A DNA stretch of 64,000 bases. Origin: a virus. The stretch is taken from IMG/VR virus record IMGVR_UViG_3300013947_000004; one strand, 5' to 3'. The first letter of the stretch is position 1. Each line of letters opens with the position of its first letter. The position numbers and the translations under genes are program-made. Under the pieces are notes generated by a model that saw only the letters and a program-made list of their open reading frames with translations, ran no database searches and was not told where the DNA came from. This document shows positions 44,685 through 55,219 of the stretch, in pieces.

Positions 44685-46122
44685 ATGGACTTCCTCCCGA
44701 ATCGGTATTTGTATAGTCGAATGTTCCCTGTCCCCATTTACTACTGCTCCATCCTTTGCCGCTACTAGACCCAGAGGATGTCGTGCTTGTCATTGTTACA
44801 TATTGAAGGACAACAACCGCAAGCCAAAAGTGCCATGTAATAATATCATCTGTTTCAAATGTGAACGTCATATTATCAGCACGGATTTGAGTTTTAAATT
44901 CTTCTTTTTGTTTGTCCATTGTCCAATCCCAAGTCCACGTAACATCATTTACTCTAAGGTGGGCGGTGCCGGGCTGTTTACTTTCAATCATTAAATGGGA
45001 ACGGTACAAGGTCATTAAGTTTTGATTCCAAAGAATAGCAGATATAATCTTTTGGTGGATTTTATTTTCTTTTCCGTTTACAACGTCAGTATGGTTTTCT
45101 TCTGACAAAGAAAACAATTCCTTACCACATCCAACGAGAGTTTTCTCTATCCCCTCTGCTATTGTCTGAATTGGGCTTGGAAAAATCCATTTAGTAAATG
45201 CTTTTAGTTGGTAGTGATAAACATACAGGTTGTTTCCGTTGTTCGGGTTGATGAATAACTGATGTGTTCTTTGGCTTTTAAATAACCACGGGTCGCTCGT
45301 ATCAGATTTCATTTCTGGGTTCATAGCTTCCCCGATTTCATCATTAGTAAAGTTCCCATATGTTTCCGTTGTAGCAAGAGAACGTAACCCTTGACGAGAA
45401 AAGTACACTACATCATTCCCAAGGTTTGTAATGGCGTCACGAGAAATAAAATCACTATCCGTACCAATTAAGCTAACATTCCAGTCCTCTGGTTCATTGG
45501 CCACTTTATAGATGCGTCCGTTAGATTTGAAGATAATCAATTCGGAAGCCAAAGGATAAATCCCAGTAACAGAAGCTACATCCCCAACATCCAAGTCCTT
45601 CATAGCGGATGCATCATTGCTGTTTTCTGTCCAGTTGAACGGGTCAGCAATGCCAGAGTATTTAATATTATTCGTACTGGCGTCAGTTACAAGCATTCTG
45701 GAGAACCGTTCCATTACCGTATCACATACTGGGTATTTATCATCTGTGTTAATACTTGTTCCTGAATAGTCGTAGGATTGTAAGGTTCCCCCAGAAGCGA
45801 TTAAAAGCTTAGTTCCGTTTGCATTTGTATATCTTGCTAAATACGGTCTATGGGTTGTATCACCGTTTATCGTCCCTATAAATACTGGGGTTTTACCGTA
45901 CTCGTAAGTGTACACATTTTTATTTTTGAGAAAAACTATATAGTTATTAAGCCCATAGTCGTACCATATATAAAGAATATCAGCTGGGAATGTATATAAT
46001 GGCTTACCAAGCCCCCGTCTTGTTTTGAGCCTATTCCCTTCTGCGTCAAATTCCATATTCTCGATGGACTGAGCCATGTTCTTCTTCTCGTATAGGCTCC
46101 AAGGGTCTATAGCCACATTCAT
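44677..46122 (-). CDS. structural protein (481 aa; may start upstream at AUA 46188)
   Basis: ORF track. The ATG at 46122 has no SD. The frame stays open for 22 more codons back to an ATA 5 nt after GGGGGTGA. Confidence 0.6.
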   Translation of the reverse strand: MNVAIDPWSLYEKKNMAQSIENMEFDAEGNRLKTRRGLGKPLYTFPADILYIWYDYGLNNYIVFLKNKNVYTYEYGKTPVFIGTINGDTTHRPYLARYTNANGTKLLIASGGTLQSYDYSGTSINTDDKYPVCDTVMERFSRMLVTDASTNNIKYSGIADPFNWTENSNDASAMKDLDVGDVASVTGIYPLASELIIFKSNGRIYKVANEPEDWNVSLIGTDSDFISRDAITNLGNDVVYFSRQGLRSLATTETYGNFTNDEIGEAMNPEMKSDTSDPWLFKSQRTHQLFINPNNGNNLYVYHYQLKAFTKWIFPSPIQTIAEGIEKTLVGCGKELFSLSEENHTDVVNGKENKIHQKIISAILWNQNLMTLYRSHLMIESKQPGTAHLRVNDVTWTWDWTMDKQKEEFKTQIRADNMTFTFETDDIITWHFWLAVVVLQYVTMTSTTSSGSSSGKGWSSSKWGQGTFDYTNTDSGGSPYG

Positions 46123-46202
46123 GCCGCCTACAAGGGATGTTATATCGAAATTCCCTATTCGTTTTGATTTACCTACCTGTTTGGCTATTTATCTCACCCC
46201 CT

Positions 46203-46235
46203 CTTTATAAAAGAGCCCCTGCCGTTTGGCAGGGG
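46203..46235 (-). terminator. rho-independent terminator
   Basis: Minus strand reads CCCCTGCC-AAAC-GGCAGGGG followed by CTCTTTTAT. Confidence 0.6.
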
Positions 46236-46301
46236 TATCATTTTTCCATTAATATGCAGGAAATTAAGAAAATTTGGCAATAAACAAAGCCAATATGTCT
46301 G

Positions 46302-47321
46302 TTAGGTAGAAGAAGTCCCTATTTCTTTTATAAAGGCATATGGGTCTTCGTATTTGGAGCCTTCAAGAGCTATAAAATTAGTAACAAAATTTGGCCAACC
46401 CTCACCTCCCTTATACGCAGATAAGAGAGATGAGGGGACGTACAAGTTTTTTATTTCAACCGATTCGTAAAAGTTTATTGATTCATCAGTAAGAGGGACT
46501 ATAGATTCCGTGTTTCTAAGAATAAGAGTTTCCAAATTAACTCCTCTTAGATGAAATTCTTTGAACCCTTTTATAAACCCAAAGTCTGCGTATTTTAACT
46601 TTCGAAAGGCCACAGCCCTATAATAGCCAAAAGCAAAATTATTTACCTCGAAATTCGGGAGAGATATATACTCAAGGAATTCATTCCCTGCATTATCACT
46701 GGGTGGAGTTATCCCCCCATAAATATTTGTACTTACGGGGTCAAAATACACTTGAATATTCGGTGAGAAATATATACGCGAAGGGGGGGAAGTCTGTGTT
46801 GATTTAGACCCAGCAATAAAGATTTTCCCGGAGGCAGACATTAGGTCGGTTTTCTCCCCACTATACGTCTTTAGAGGATAGAGGTATGCACTGTAGGTTG
46901 AAATCTCAGCGTACATCCTCGCAAACCCATTGTCATCAATTACACTGGTCGGAGATGCCGCTGTACCTGTTACAATATATAAATTAGTATCTTTATTAAA
47001 ACTACGTAAAATAACACCTGGGTCGTAGCCAGTATTTGGCGTATACGTAGAATTATCAGTAAGACCAACGCTGATAGTACCGTCCGAGTTGTTTATAGCC
47101 TTCCCTTGTAAGGAAGAAGTAATTTCTCCATTAGTTGGGTCAATTACTTTTAAGGTATATTTATCTCCCGTTGTAACTACTATCTTATCTCCTTCTATAT
47201 CTTTAATAGCCTGTGCCATTTCGGATGGACTGTATTGCGTGGTTGTTTTATTCTTTTCCCTAATCGCATCCCCTATAGCCGTAAGAGATGCCTTAGAAAC
47301 TAATCCTTTATTAGCGGACAT
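46302..47321 (-). CDS. structural protein (339 aa), receptor-binding or tail-accessory candidate
   Basis: ORF track; follows the fibre gene. Confidence 0.5.
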   Translation of the reverse strand: MSANKGLVSKASLTAIGDAIREKNKTTTQYSPSEMAQAIKDIEGDKIVVTTGDKYTLKVIDPTNGEITSSLQGKAINNSDGTISVGLTDNSTYTPNTGYDPGVILRSFNKDTNLYIVTGTAASPTSVIDDNGFARMYAEISTYSAYLYPLKTYSGEKTDLMSASGKIFIAGSKSTQTSPPSRIYFSPNIQVYFDPVSTNIYGGITPPSDNAGNEFLEYISLPNFEVNNFAFGYYRAVAFRKLKYADFGFIKGFKEFHLRGVNLETLILRNTESIVPLTDESINFYESVEIKNLYVPSSLLSAYKGGEGWPNFVTNFIALEGSKYEDPYAFIKEIGTSST

Positions 47322-47332
47322 GTAAACCCTCC

Positions 47333-49879
47333 TTAAAATTTAGTACTGTCGTAATCAGCAATGGCGGCAATGGCATTTGCCACGTACTCTTTTGTCGCAT
47401 ACGAGGTTAAATCAGGAACTGTATCCGTAAACTTAGCATTAGCAGGAACGGTAGCATTAAGTTCATATGTCGTACCTACTGGTTTGCCGTCAGCGAAGTA
47501 TATGGGGTGTGTTGCAGAGCCAGCATTTACTGTTAATTTTCCTGCCGCTACGGCGTTCTGCGTTTTGCCAAGGTACAGATTAGCCGCATTTTTAGATGTA
47601 AGGTAACCAGACAAGTCTTGATGGGAAGTTATTGGGGTAATAGTATTTTCCCCAATGGTAATTGTACCATCTTCTATTTTGGCGTCAGTAATACCATAAC
47701 CCTTTAAAGTTGTTGCAGAGTTAGCTTTCCCATCTAGAGCTGTTTTAATTCCCCCAGAGGTGACTGGATTGTTACTATCAGCAGTAGGAGCCGTGTCAAA
47801 GGTTAGTTTATCCTGTTTTGCGTTTATCTGATTTTGGAAAGATTGGTGTATAGTAGAAGCGTCTGATTTCTTGTAATACGTCTCTGTGATAACATTACCA
47901 TCACCATCTTGGTCAGCCTGTGTAGCGTGGGAAGTGTCACCAATCGTAGCCGTAGATTTAGTACCGTCTTTATGAATAAAGGTGATTGTACCTCCAGAGT
48001 ACGTCGTATCAACTACTGCTTTTGCTACATCTGCATTTGTTGGGTAGTTAGACAAGTCTACAAATCCAGACAGATTATCCCAATCTGTACCGTTCCAGAT
48101 AACATTGTCCCCAGCTTTAATTTGGTGTTCTGTGTCCGCATTTACGATATTCCATACGTCGCCTACATTCCGCCCAGAGTCTGGGAGTTCGGAATAATTA
48201 TCTACAGAACCAGCATACTTAGCAAAGCCCGTCACTTTTGTTAAAGCAGATTCTACCTCTTTCTGGATTTTTTGTGCTTCAGCTAATGCCTGTTTAGCAT
48301 TTGTTTCACTAGTTGCCGCATGTTCTTCGGAAGTAGCGGCATTGGTGGCAGACGTACTTGCAGAAGTAGCAGAGGTAGCCGCAGAGTTCATACTAGCTTT
48401 TGCATTAATTTCTGATTTAGATGCGTTACTTGCAGAAGTTTCAGAAGCCGTCTTGCTTTCAAGAGCGGAATCTTTATACTGCAAAGCATTGGCTTCAGAG
48501 TTGCCCGCATTGGTTTCTGAAGTCTTTGCCTTAGTGGCAGATTCGGAAGCTTCACTTGCGGAAGTCGCCGCCGACGTGGCAGATGCACTTGCATTTGTTT
48601 CAGATTCTTTTGCCTTGTTGGCAGACGCTGTTGCCGCTACGTTAGAACTATTAGCTTCTGTTGCCTTCTGCTTAGCGATATTTGCCTGTTCTGTAGCCGT
48701 TGTAGCAGATGAGCTTGCGGAAGTAGCACTCTGAGCAGACTCTCCCGCTTTTGTTTTAGCTAATAATGCCCATGTACGGGAAGACTGAGTCTTACCCGTA
48801 GAACTTTCTGTATCCTCCGCGCCATCGGGTGATACAATGGACACTGCCCAATTCTTAGAAGATACAGCGTTAGCAGATGCTTCACTTGCCTTTGTGAGTA
48901 CCGTTGTTTCGCTAGCTTTTGCATTAGTTTCGGATGTTTTAGCTTTGGTGGCACTCTCAGCGGAATTAGTTTCGCTTACTTTAGAGGCATCTTCGCTAGC
49001 CTTGGCATTTGTTTCAGACGTTTTAGCCGCCTTAGCGGATGCCCCTGCATTGTCTTGATACCCTTTAGCTGTAGTAGATGCTGTGGTAGCTGTTTCCGAA
49101 CTCTGTAATGCGCTGGAAGCACTGTTAGACGCATTTGTTTCAGATAATTTAGCGGCGGTGGCAGATTCTTCCGCTTTGGTCGCACTTGCCGCAGAATTGG
49201 TCTCAGATGTTTTCGCCGCTGTAGCTGATTTTTCTGCGTTAGTCGCACTGGTTGTAAAACTTTCTTCCAAAGCTTTTGTATTAGCTTCACTCGTAGCCGC
49301 TTTGGTCGCCGATTCTGCCGCCGCTGTAGCGGAACTGTCAGCATTAGTTTCAGATGTTTTAGCGTTCGTGGCGGACGTTTCACTTGCTTTCGCATTTTCC
49401 GCAGATGCTGTTTCACTTGCTTTTGCGTTAGTTTCGGAGAGCTTAGATGCATCTTCTGACTTCTTCGCATTAGTAGCGTAGGTAGAAGCATTAGATTCTG
49501 ATGTACTTGCCTTCTTGGCAGATTCGGCACTGGCTGTAGCACTGGTAGCAGAATTAGCTTCGGAAGTTGCCGCTTTATCAGCAGAAATTTTCGCATCATC
49601 GGCAGATTTGGATGATTTCGTTGCCGACTCCGCACTTTCAGTGGCGGATGTTTTACTTGCGTCAGCTGATTTCTGTGAAGCGTCAGCGGATTCTTTGGCA
49701 GTCAGGGCGTACTTAGAAGCGTCAACGAACGCTGTAAGACCAGTATCCTTTACTGTACCATCTTCGTACGTGACAATTAAATGGCCATCTTCACGCAATA
49801 CAGTATCTACAATACCCGCACCTCGTAAACCTTTATCTCCTTTTAACCCTAAATTTACTTCAATTAGTTCTATTGCCAT
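47333..49879 (-). CDS. tail fibre protein with long A/S/T/E-rich repeat shaft
   Basis: N-terminal GLKGDKGLRGAGI, degenerate 11-aa repeats (SETNAKASE-like) over about 48300-49700, and C-terminal NPVTSGGIKTALDGK typical of fibres. Confidence 0.65.
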   Translation of the reverse strand: MAIELIEVNLGLKGDKGLRGAGIVDTVLREDGHLIVTYEDGTVKDTGLTAFVDASKYALTAKESADASQKSADASKTSATESAESATKSSKSADDAKISADKAATSEANSATSATASAESAKKASTSESNASTYATNAKKSEDASKLSETNAKASETASAENAKASETSATNAKTSETNADSSATAAAESATKAATSEANTKALEESFTTSATNAEKSATAAKTSETNSAASATKAEESATAAKLSETNASNSASSALQSSETATTASTTAKGYQDNAGASAKAAKTSETNAKASEDASKVSETNSAESATKAKTSETNAKASETTVLTKASEASANAVSSKNWAVSIVSPDGAEDTESSTGKTQSSRTWALLAKTKAGESAQSATSASSSATTATEQANIAKQKATEANSSNVAATASANKAKESETNASASATSAATSASEASESATKAKTSETNAGNSEANALQYKDSALESKTASETSASNASKSEINAKASMNSAATSATSASTSATNAATSEEHAATSETNAKQALAEAQKIQKEVESALTKVTGFAKYAGSVDNYSELPDSGRNVGDVWNIVNADTEHQIKAGDNVIWNGTDWDNLSGFVDLSNYPTNADVAKAVVDTTYSGGTITFIHKDGTKSTATIGDTSHATQADQDGDGNVITETYYKKSDASTIHQSFQNQINAKQDKLTFDTAPTADSNNPVTSGGIKTALDGKANSATTLKGYGITDAKIEDGTITIGENTITPITSHQDLSGYLTSKNAANLYLGKTQNAVAAGKLTVNAGSATHPIYFADGKPVGTTYELNATVPANAKFTDTVPDLTSYATKEYVANAIAAIADYDSTKF

Positions 49880-49888
49880 TTACTCACC

Positions 49889-50281
49889 TCAATCAAAAGA
49901 AACTCCGGGGCTTACATAACAAGTGCCATTCATGATACGGATGGTATCTCCTTCTGGCTCTGTTGCGTATACGTCCCAAACAAATTTAGACGTCGCATCA
50001 TACGTCTGACCGTCTGTTTCTATTTTCCCAGTAATAGAGTCGTCGAAAAATACTTCCATCAAACCATTTTCTGCGTCTACGATATGCGCATCAGCTTCTG
50101 CTAATGTTTCATCGCTATCCGCAGTTTCTCTAATCTTACATTTAAATACATAGCCAGTTATATCAATAGGTGTGTGATTTTCTTTAGTCCCAGTGCATAG
50201 ACGTAACTGTAGCCGATAATCAGCACCTTGGTTAACTAAGATATCCTTAGTCGCCGCGGTTTGTTTTATTTTAGTCGCCAT
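49889..50281 (-). CDS. structural protein (130 aa)
   Basis: ATG 50281 follows SD GGAGGTAGT. Confidence 0.55.
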   Translation of the reverse strand: MATKIKQTAATKDILVNQGADYRLQLRLCTGTKENHTPIDITGYVFKCKIRETADSDETLAEADAHIVDAENGLMEVFFDDSITGKIETDGQTYDATSKFVWDVYATEPEGDTIRIMNGTCYVSPGVSFD

Positions 50282-50294
50282 ACTACCTCCTAAC

Positions 50295-50963
50295 TTAAAG
50301 TCCATCTAAATTTACAACAAGTACATATATTTCTCGATTACAACTAGACGGAGGAGAGGTTACTAAGCTTTTGTCCTGGATTCTATAGAAACCAAAAGAG
50401 TTCGACGTTGGGAACCCTATAGAAAATATACTATCAGTTTCCGTCACCCAAGCGTTTTCATTCCCTGCATTAAAGACTGTGCTAACTGGAATTATTCCTA
50501 TTTTGTGGCTGTACGCTCTTATCCCATAGTTTATAGATGATGCATGGCCTTTTATAACATCTATAATCCTTAGATATTTAAGGTTACTATTAAATATTTG
50601 TGTTCCATCCGCACCTGTGACTTCTAATCCCCCTGTTTCAGAGGTCTTCTGGAAGTTAAAAAGATAAAAATAAGTGTCTGAACTACCTCTGGGAGTGTTT
50701 TGTGCGTAATAATCCCACCCGCTTGGTCCAGACATATAGGAATTTTTATAAAAAAGAAAACTTGTTGAGTTCCCTGCCAAACACACAATGTCTCCATTAA
50801 TCACTGGAGGGTGGCAGAAATAACATAATTCCCCGTGGTCGGTTTCATAAACATATGACTGTATACATTGGTTAGTTTGTATAACATTACGTAAACTAAC
50901 ATTTTTAAAACTATCATTAACCAAAATAGACCTACTGTTTTTTATTTCTATATAATTACTCAT
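50295..50963 (-). CDS. structural protein (222 aa)
   Basis: ATG 50963 lies 4 nt after GGTGA. Confidence 0.5.
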   Translation of the reverse strand: MSNYIEIKNSRSILVNDSFKNVSLRNVIQTNQCIQSYVYETDHGELCYFCHPPVINGDIVCLAGNSTSFLFYKNSYMSGPSGWDYYAQNTPRGSSDTYFYLFNFQKTSETGGLEVTGADGTQIFNSNLKYLRIIDVIKGHASSINYGIRAYSHKIGIIPVSTVFNAGNENAWVTETDSIFSIGFPTSNSFGFYRIQDKSLVTSPPSSCNREIYVLVVNLDGL

Positions 50964-50967
50964 TTTA

Positions 50968-51387
50968 TCACCATGTACCATAATAAACTGTGCCTGTTAC
51001 TTTATCCCAACTCCCGATGTCCTGAGAAGCTGTGGAATAAGACATTAGCCAATTAATGGTTCTCCCTGAAATTTCAATACTGCAAGACGGACAAACGTAA
51101 TACTGGATAATACTCCAGCTATACCAAATAGGGTCCACAATAACAATCGCAAATAGCTCTCCTGTATCATCTTGAGGAATAGCTACTGTCTGTGACCCTG
51201 ACTTTCCATTTATTCGAAAGCTCCCATATAGTCTACACAAACTGTCTGTGTAATCTAGTTGCAAATTCCCGTTTTTATCCCAAATTTGAACTCCGCTAGG
51301 CATTTTAGATTTTTCACCCTTCTTTTTCTCTCTATAGTATAAAAAAAAAGCAATTAACATGATAGAAATTAAGATTAGACCCCACAT
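50968..51387 (-). CDS. hypothetical protein with N-terminal TM segment (139 aa)
   Basis: ORF track. Confidence 0.5.
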   Translation of the reverse strand: MWGLILISIMLIAFFLYYREKKKGEKSKMPSGVQIWDKNGNLQLDYTDSLCRLYGSFRINGKSGSQTVAIPQDDTGELFAIVIVDPIWYSWSIIQYYVCPSCSIEISGRTINWLMSYSTASQDIGSWDKVTGTVYYGTW

Positions 51388-53382
51388 TTACCATACCCCC
51401 ATCCTTACACGCAAAGTATTGTTCCAATCATACACGACAATTAAATTGTCGTGTATTTCTACCCTAGCCCCAGAAGTTTTAGTTCTAAGAGTTCCTATTG
51501 TAGAAGATACAGCATCCAAAGAATTTACATTAATCTTTTCGGAGGTTATAGCCCCGTTTTTAATAGAACTAGCTTCAATAGATTCTGCTTTTATTTTTTC
51601 GGAGGTTATAGCCTCAGATTTTATTTCGTCAGCCCCAACTGCATTTGCCGCTATCTTTCCAGCCGTTACTGCTCCACCAGTAATTTTATCGGCGGTAACA
51701 GCTCCTGTAGCCAAACTAGCAGAAGTAACAGCCCCAGCTTTAATTTTCTCTGCAGTGACGGCATTGGCATCCAATTTGTCTGTTGTAACTGCGTTAGTTG
51801 CTATCTTACCCGCTGTTACAGCATTAGCGGCTAACTTGTCGGTTTCTATTGCCCCATCTGCTATTTTGGTTCCTACAACCTGCTTATCTCCTATATAACT
51901 AGAGACAATAACTCCTTTGTCGAAAACTGTATCCCCAGTAATATGAACTTTATTCCCGTCAATTCGGACACCTTCTTTGGATATATTAATCTGATTAATA
52001 ATATCGTCAGATTTAACTCGGAGGGCTATATCCTTTTGGTTTTGTAGAATGGCAGAGTAGTTGGACTCCACTTTTTTGTTCGTATTGTCCACGCTAGTTA
52101 CTACTGAAGTTATACTGTCACTATTTTGTTTTATTTGAGAAATGAAGGTTTGATTTTGTTTATCTTGAGAGGCTTTGTTTGACGCTACAGTAGAAGTGAT
52201 ATTTTCATCTGTCTTCTTTAATTCGGAAATACTTCCATTAATCGTATTAATTTTCCCAACGCTATCTTGAGCATCCTTTACAGCAGATTTAATTATAGTA
52301 TCCACTTTTTCTAGAGTAATAGACTCATTTTTTAACCAAGTAGGGTCAATCTCGGTATATACCTCAATAGAGGTTTCTTGTGTGTAAGTGCCTTCTCCAA
52401 AAATATCATAATAACAAGCTTTGACAACAAAATTTCCCATTGAGCAGTAATACGTCCAAGAGTCATCTTGTGTGTAATGTTTTTCCCCATTGATTGAGAT
52501 AACAATACCGATACAATCTTCTGGGATTTTACTGTAAGTGAAAAGAATCCCCCTAAATGTTTTTTCTGCCTTAAAGGTTTGGGGAGACGCAGGTACTGGC
52601 TTAGACCATTGTGTGTCTATTGGTATAGAATATTTACTTCCATACCCTTTATTGTAAAGATAAGCAGTACCTTCACGGGTAGGAGGGAGAACAGTTGACC
52701 GAGTATCTTGAGTTACTTCAAGTAAACCTACTTTATTACCAACATCTTGATTTGTACGAAGTTCTGAATAAGAATAATCTAAGTTGTCTGGCTGTTTCCA
52801 TTTCCACAAAGCCCCGTCTCGGTTAAAGTATACTTCAAATTCAAGGGGCGGGTCAGGAACATTGTTTAACGAACTTACCACATAAGTAAGGACTGGGGCA
52901 TTGTCTTTCTTAGAAAGGCTTCCCATATTGTTCTTTCCCACAAAGGTTATTTGATATACATACCCAGCATTAATCCCATCTACCGTATACGTGTTTGTCT
53001 TAGTAGTTCGGATAGTACGAGAAACATCTACAGAAGACCAATTAATGGCAGTAGATATATCCCCCTTATGTTCTTTAATATATATCTCTGCCGACTCGTA
53101 ATTTTTTATATCAGAAGAATCCCAAGTGAGAACAAGGGAGATAGCTGTCCCCACACGGACTTCCTTGATTTTGCAATTCTTTAACTGCTCATCTATGGTT
53201 TCTGGCGTATCCGTTACATAGTTTGAGAGTTTACTAATCTCTTCAAATTTGCTATTGAGTTCTGTGGTTAAATCACCCAGCAATTCCTTCAATAAGAAGA
53301 TAAAGTTCTGCCCGTTCCCATTCATGGCATTAGGGAGCTTTTTCCAAGCTGTTTCTAATTTTTCTGATATAGAGTTTGCCAT
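51388..53382 (-). CDS. tail fibre or host-specificity protein with 11-aa AVTxxKI repeats
   Basis: Residues ~505-620 repeat (A/G)AVT(A/S)xKIxxx about ten times (nt ~51500-51880). SD AGGAGGG upstream. Confidence 0.6.
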   Translation of the reverse strand: MANSISEKLETAWKKLPNAMNGNGQNFIFLLKELLGDLTTELNSKFEEISKLSNYVTDTPETIDEQLKNCKIKEVRVGTAISLVLTWDSSDIKNYESAEIYIKEHKGDISTAINWSSVDVSRTIRTTKTNTYTVDGINAGYVYQITFVGKNNMGSLSKKDNAPVLTYVVSSLNNVPDPPLEFEVYFNRDGALWKWKQPDNLDYSYSELRTNQDVGNKVGLLEVTQDTRSTVLPPTREGTAYLYNKGYGSKYSIPIDTQWSKPVPASPQTFKAEKTFRGILFTYSKIPEDCIGIVISINGEKHYTQDDSWTYYCSMGNFVVKACYYDIFGEGTYTQETSIEVYTEIDPTWLKNESITLEKVDTIIKSAVKDAQDSVGKINTINGSISELKKTDENITSTVASNKASQDKQNQTFISQIKQNSDSITSVVTSVDNTNKKVESNYSAILQNQKDIALRVKSDDIINQINISKEGVRIDGNKVHITGDTVFDKGVIVSSYIGDKQVVGTKIADGAIETDKLAANAVTAGKIATNAVTTDKLDANAVTAEKIKAGAVTSASLATGAVTADKITGGAVTAGKIAANAVGADEIKSEAITSEKIKAESIEASSIKNGAITSEKINVNSLDAVSSTIGTLRTKTSGARVEIHDNLIVVYDWNNTLRVRMGVW

Positions 53383-53383
53383 T

Positions 53384-53848
53384 CTACCCTCCTATCATAC
53401 CAGCAATAGACTGGGCAAAGTCTGATTCTGTCTGCATGTCAAAACCATGGTTACTCATTGCAAGAACAATCATAATCTGTACCGCCAAATCAAGAAGACC
53501 CCAGTTCTGCAAAGGAATTTCGCTTCCCTCATTTTCTATAAGTGGAGGTTTTTTATAATAACGTACTGTCTGTGGTAGAGTACCATAGCATTCAATTTTG
53601 CCTTCTCTAGGGATAATGGGAGCCATATTAGACACTTTATACCAATCGTCGGGCATAGCAGTGCTCTTTTCTGTCAAAGTTAAATCTCCAATTACCTCGA
53701 AGTACTTTTTATTGATAAGAACGTGCCAGATGAAGTTTACAGCGTCATTCAAATAAGCAATTAACTCGTTAGTATTGTACCCTGTTTCTAAACTATCACT
53801 AAGCCTGTCCTGTACTGCCCCTTGATTTAGAAGTTCCTTGACCTTCAT
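53384..53848 (-). CDS. head-tail connector-region protein, paralogue 3
   Basis: ATG 53848 lies 6 nt after GGGGGTG. Shares the ELIAYLNDA...MPDDW pattern with the two upstream genes. Confidence 0.5.
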   Translation of the reverse strand: MKVKELLNQGAVQDRLSDSLETGYNTNELIAYLNDAVNFIWHVLINKKYFEVIGDLTLTEKSTAMPDDWYKVSNMAPIIPREGKIECYGTLPQTVRYYKKPPLIENEGSEIPLQNWGLLDLAVQIMIVLAMSNHGFDMQTESDFAQSIAGMIGG

Positions 53849-54278
53849 TATCTGCACCCCCTTTTACCTGTTGTACGCAGAGTTTCATTAATCTCTGTTG
53901 CTGGTTTAATGTTCTAAAAGGAATTATCTGAGTAAGGGTAGTAAAATGGGGTTTTGATGCAAAGTACTTGAGAGTAGGAGTATCACCATCCCAGCTTGGC
54001 CCCATCATTGTTACGTTCGTTTGGTTGTCGGCATCTGTTACATAATTCAAAGGGTACTGCCCCTGCCAAGAAATGAAATCGTCTGGCAATTTAAAGGTGC
54101 CGTCTTCGTTTACTTTTAATTCTTTTAAAATCTCTGGCGATAATTGGTCAGCCAACTCTATACATAGCTCATCCATTGCATTATTAAGACAATACAAAAG
54201 CTCAGCGTCGCTAAATGTGAGCTTGTTCATATCATTAAGCCGCTGTCGTACAAGGACGAGAATATCGTTCACGGTCAT
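53799..54278 (-). CDS. head-tail connector-region protein, paralogue 2
   Basis: AELLYCLNNAMDEL...KLPDDF. Confidence 0.5.
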   Translation of the reverse strand: MTVNDILVLVRQRLNDMNKLTFSDAELLYCLNNAMDELCIELADQLSPEILKELKVNEDGTFKLPDDFISWQGQYPLNYVTDADNQTNVTMMGPSWDGDTPTLKYFASKPHFTTLTQIIPFRTLNQQQRLMKLCVQQVKGGADNEGQGTSKSRGSTGQA

Positions 54279-54290
54279 TTATTTTCCCTC

Positions 54291-54824
54291 CTACACATAA
54301 AATTGCATGGGACGTTCAATAACAGGATAATTGGCTGAATTGCTAAGGGAATTTACCTCATCTGAGATGAGAGAAGAAAGACTGCTTTTCCCAAATGTTC
54401 CGTCCAATAAACCTGTTGCAAAGTTAATAAATAATTCAAGGAAGATACTAGGCAAATCTATTTCATCTTCCATCGTTTCTACTTCTGGGACTACATAGAA
54501 ATAATCCATGGTTCCCGATTCGTCTATATAAATAGTATCTTTTACAATCCGATACTCACCGTCATAGCTCTGTAGTTCGCCATCTTTGGTTACAAAAATG
54601 CTTTTCATCTTGGCAAAATCTTCTGGTAAAGTCGCCTTGCCATTCCGAGTTTTTATTTTCTGTTCCTTGACAATCCAGTTGCTATCACGGTTAATTAAAA
54701 TCATATTAAGTACCCGTAATACCGTATTAATAGCTTCTATAAGTTCTGGGTCGCTATGTTTGCGGGCATACATTTCTTCTAAGTTGAATAGTATAGCTCT
54801 TGCTACGTCGCTGACTTCTATCAT
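54291..54824 (-). CDS. head-tail connector-region protein, paralogue 1
   Basis: ELIEAINTVLRVL...TLPEDF. Confidence 0.5.
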   Translation of the reverse strand: MIEVSDVARAILFNLEEMYARKHSDPELIEAINTVLRVLNMILINRDSNWIVKEQKIKTRNGKATLPEDFAKMKSIFVTKDGELQSYDGEYRIVKDTIYIDESGTMDYFYVVPEVETMEDEIDLPSIFLELFINFATGLLDGTFGKSSLSSLISDEVNSLSNSANYPVIERPMQFYV

Positions 54825-55144
54825 TAGTTCACCCCGCTACGGGAACCCGGATTGCATGTCCGGTACTCTGGGTGTTTCCAAAGCCATCTATCTAATACAT
54901 TTTTAGCTTCTATATCATCCACGCCACGCAACTGCATATAGCGTTTAAGTTCAATGTCAGTATAGAATAAAGGTTTGGGGATAGAAGCAATTCGTTTACC
55001 TTTCTTCCCATCAATCCAACCTTCTTTACCAGACATTCTTGATTCGTAACATTCACGAAGAACAGCCCCCTCATCCCAACTATGTTTTATTCTGAAGGCG
55101 TGGGTCTTTTTATCAATTTCCACGTCACTGTGAATCAATGCCAT
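54824..55144 (-). CDS. hypothetical head-associated protein (106 aa)
   Basis: ORF track; first gene after the MCP terminator. Confidence 0.5.
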   Translation of the reverse strand: MALIHSDVEIDKKTHAFRIKHSWDEGAVLRECYESRMSGKEGWIDGKKGKRIASIPKPLFYTDIELKRYMQLRGVDDIEAKNVLDRWLWKHPEYRTCNPGSRSGVN

Positions 55145-55182
55145 TTAATCACCCCTTACGCAAAACCTACAGTTTGTTTTTA

Positions 55183-55213
55183 TACAAAAATAAGGGGCTT
55201 CCGAAGAAGCCCC
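55183..55213 (-). terminator. rho-independent terminator after the capsid gene
   Basis: Minus strand reads GGGGCTTC-TTCG-GAAGCCCC followed by TTATTTTTGT. Confidence 0.75.
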
Positions 55214-55219
55214 ACTAAA

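Noticed and set aside
48342-49919. A/L/V-rich + strand ORFs and the same-strand 219-aa ORF 48976..49635
   Set aside because: They are products of the degenerate 33-nt repeat in the fibre gene. Low-complexity DNA keeps alternative frames open.
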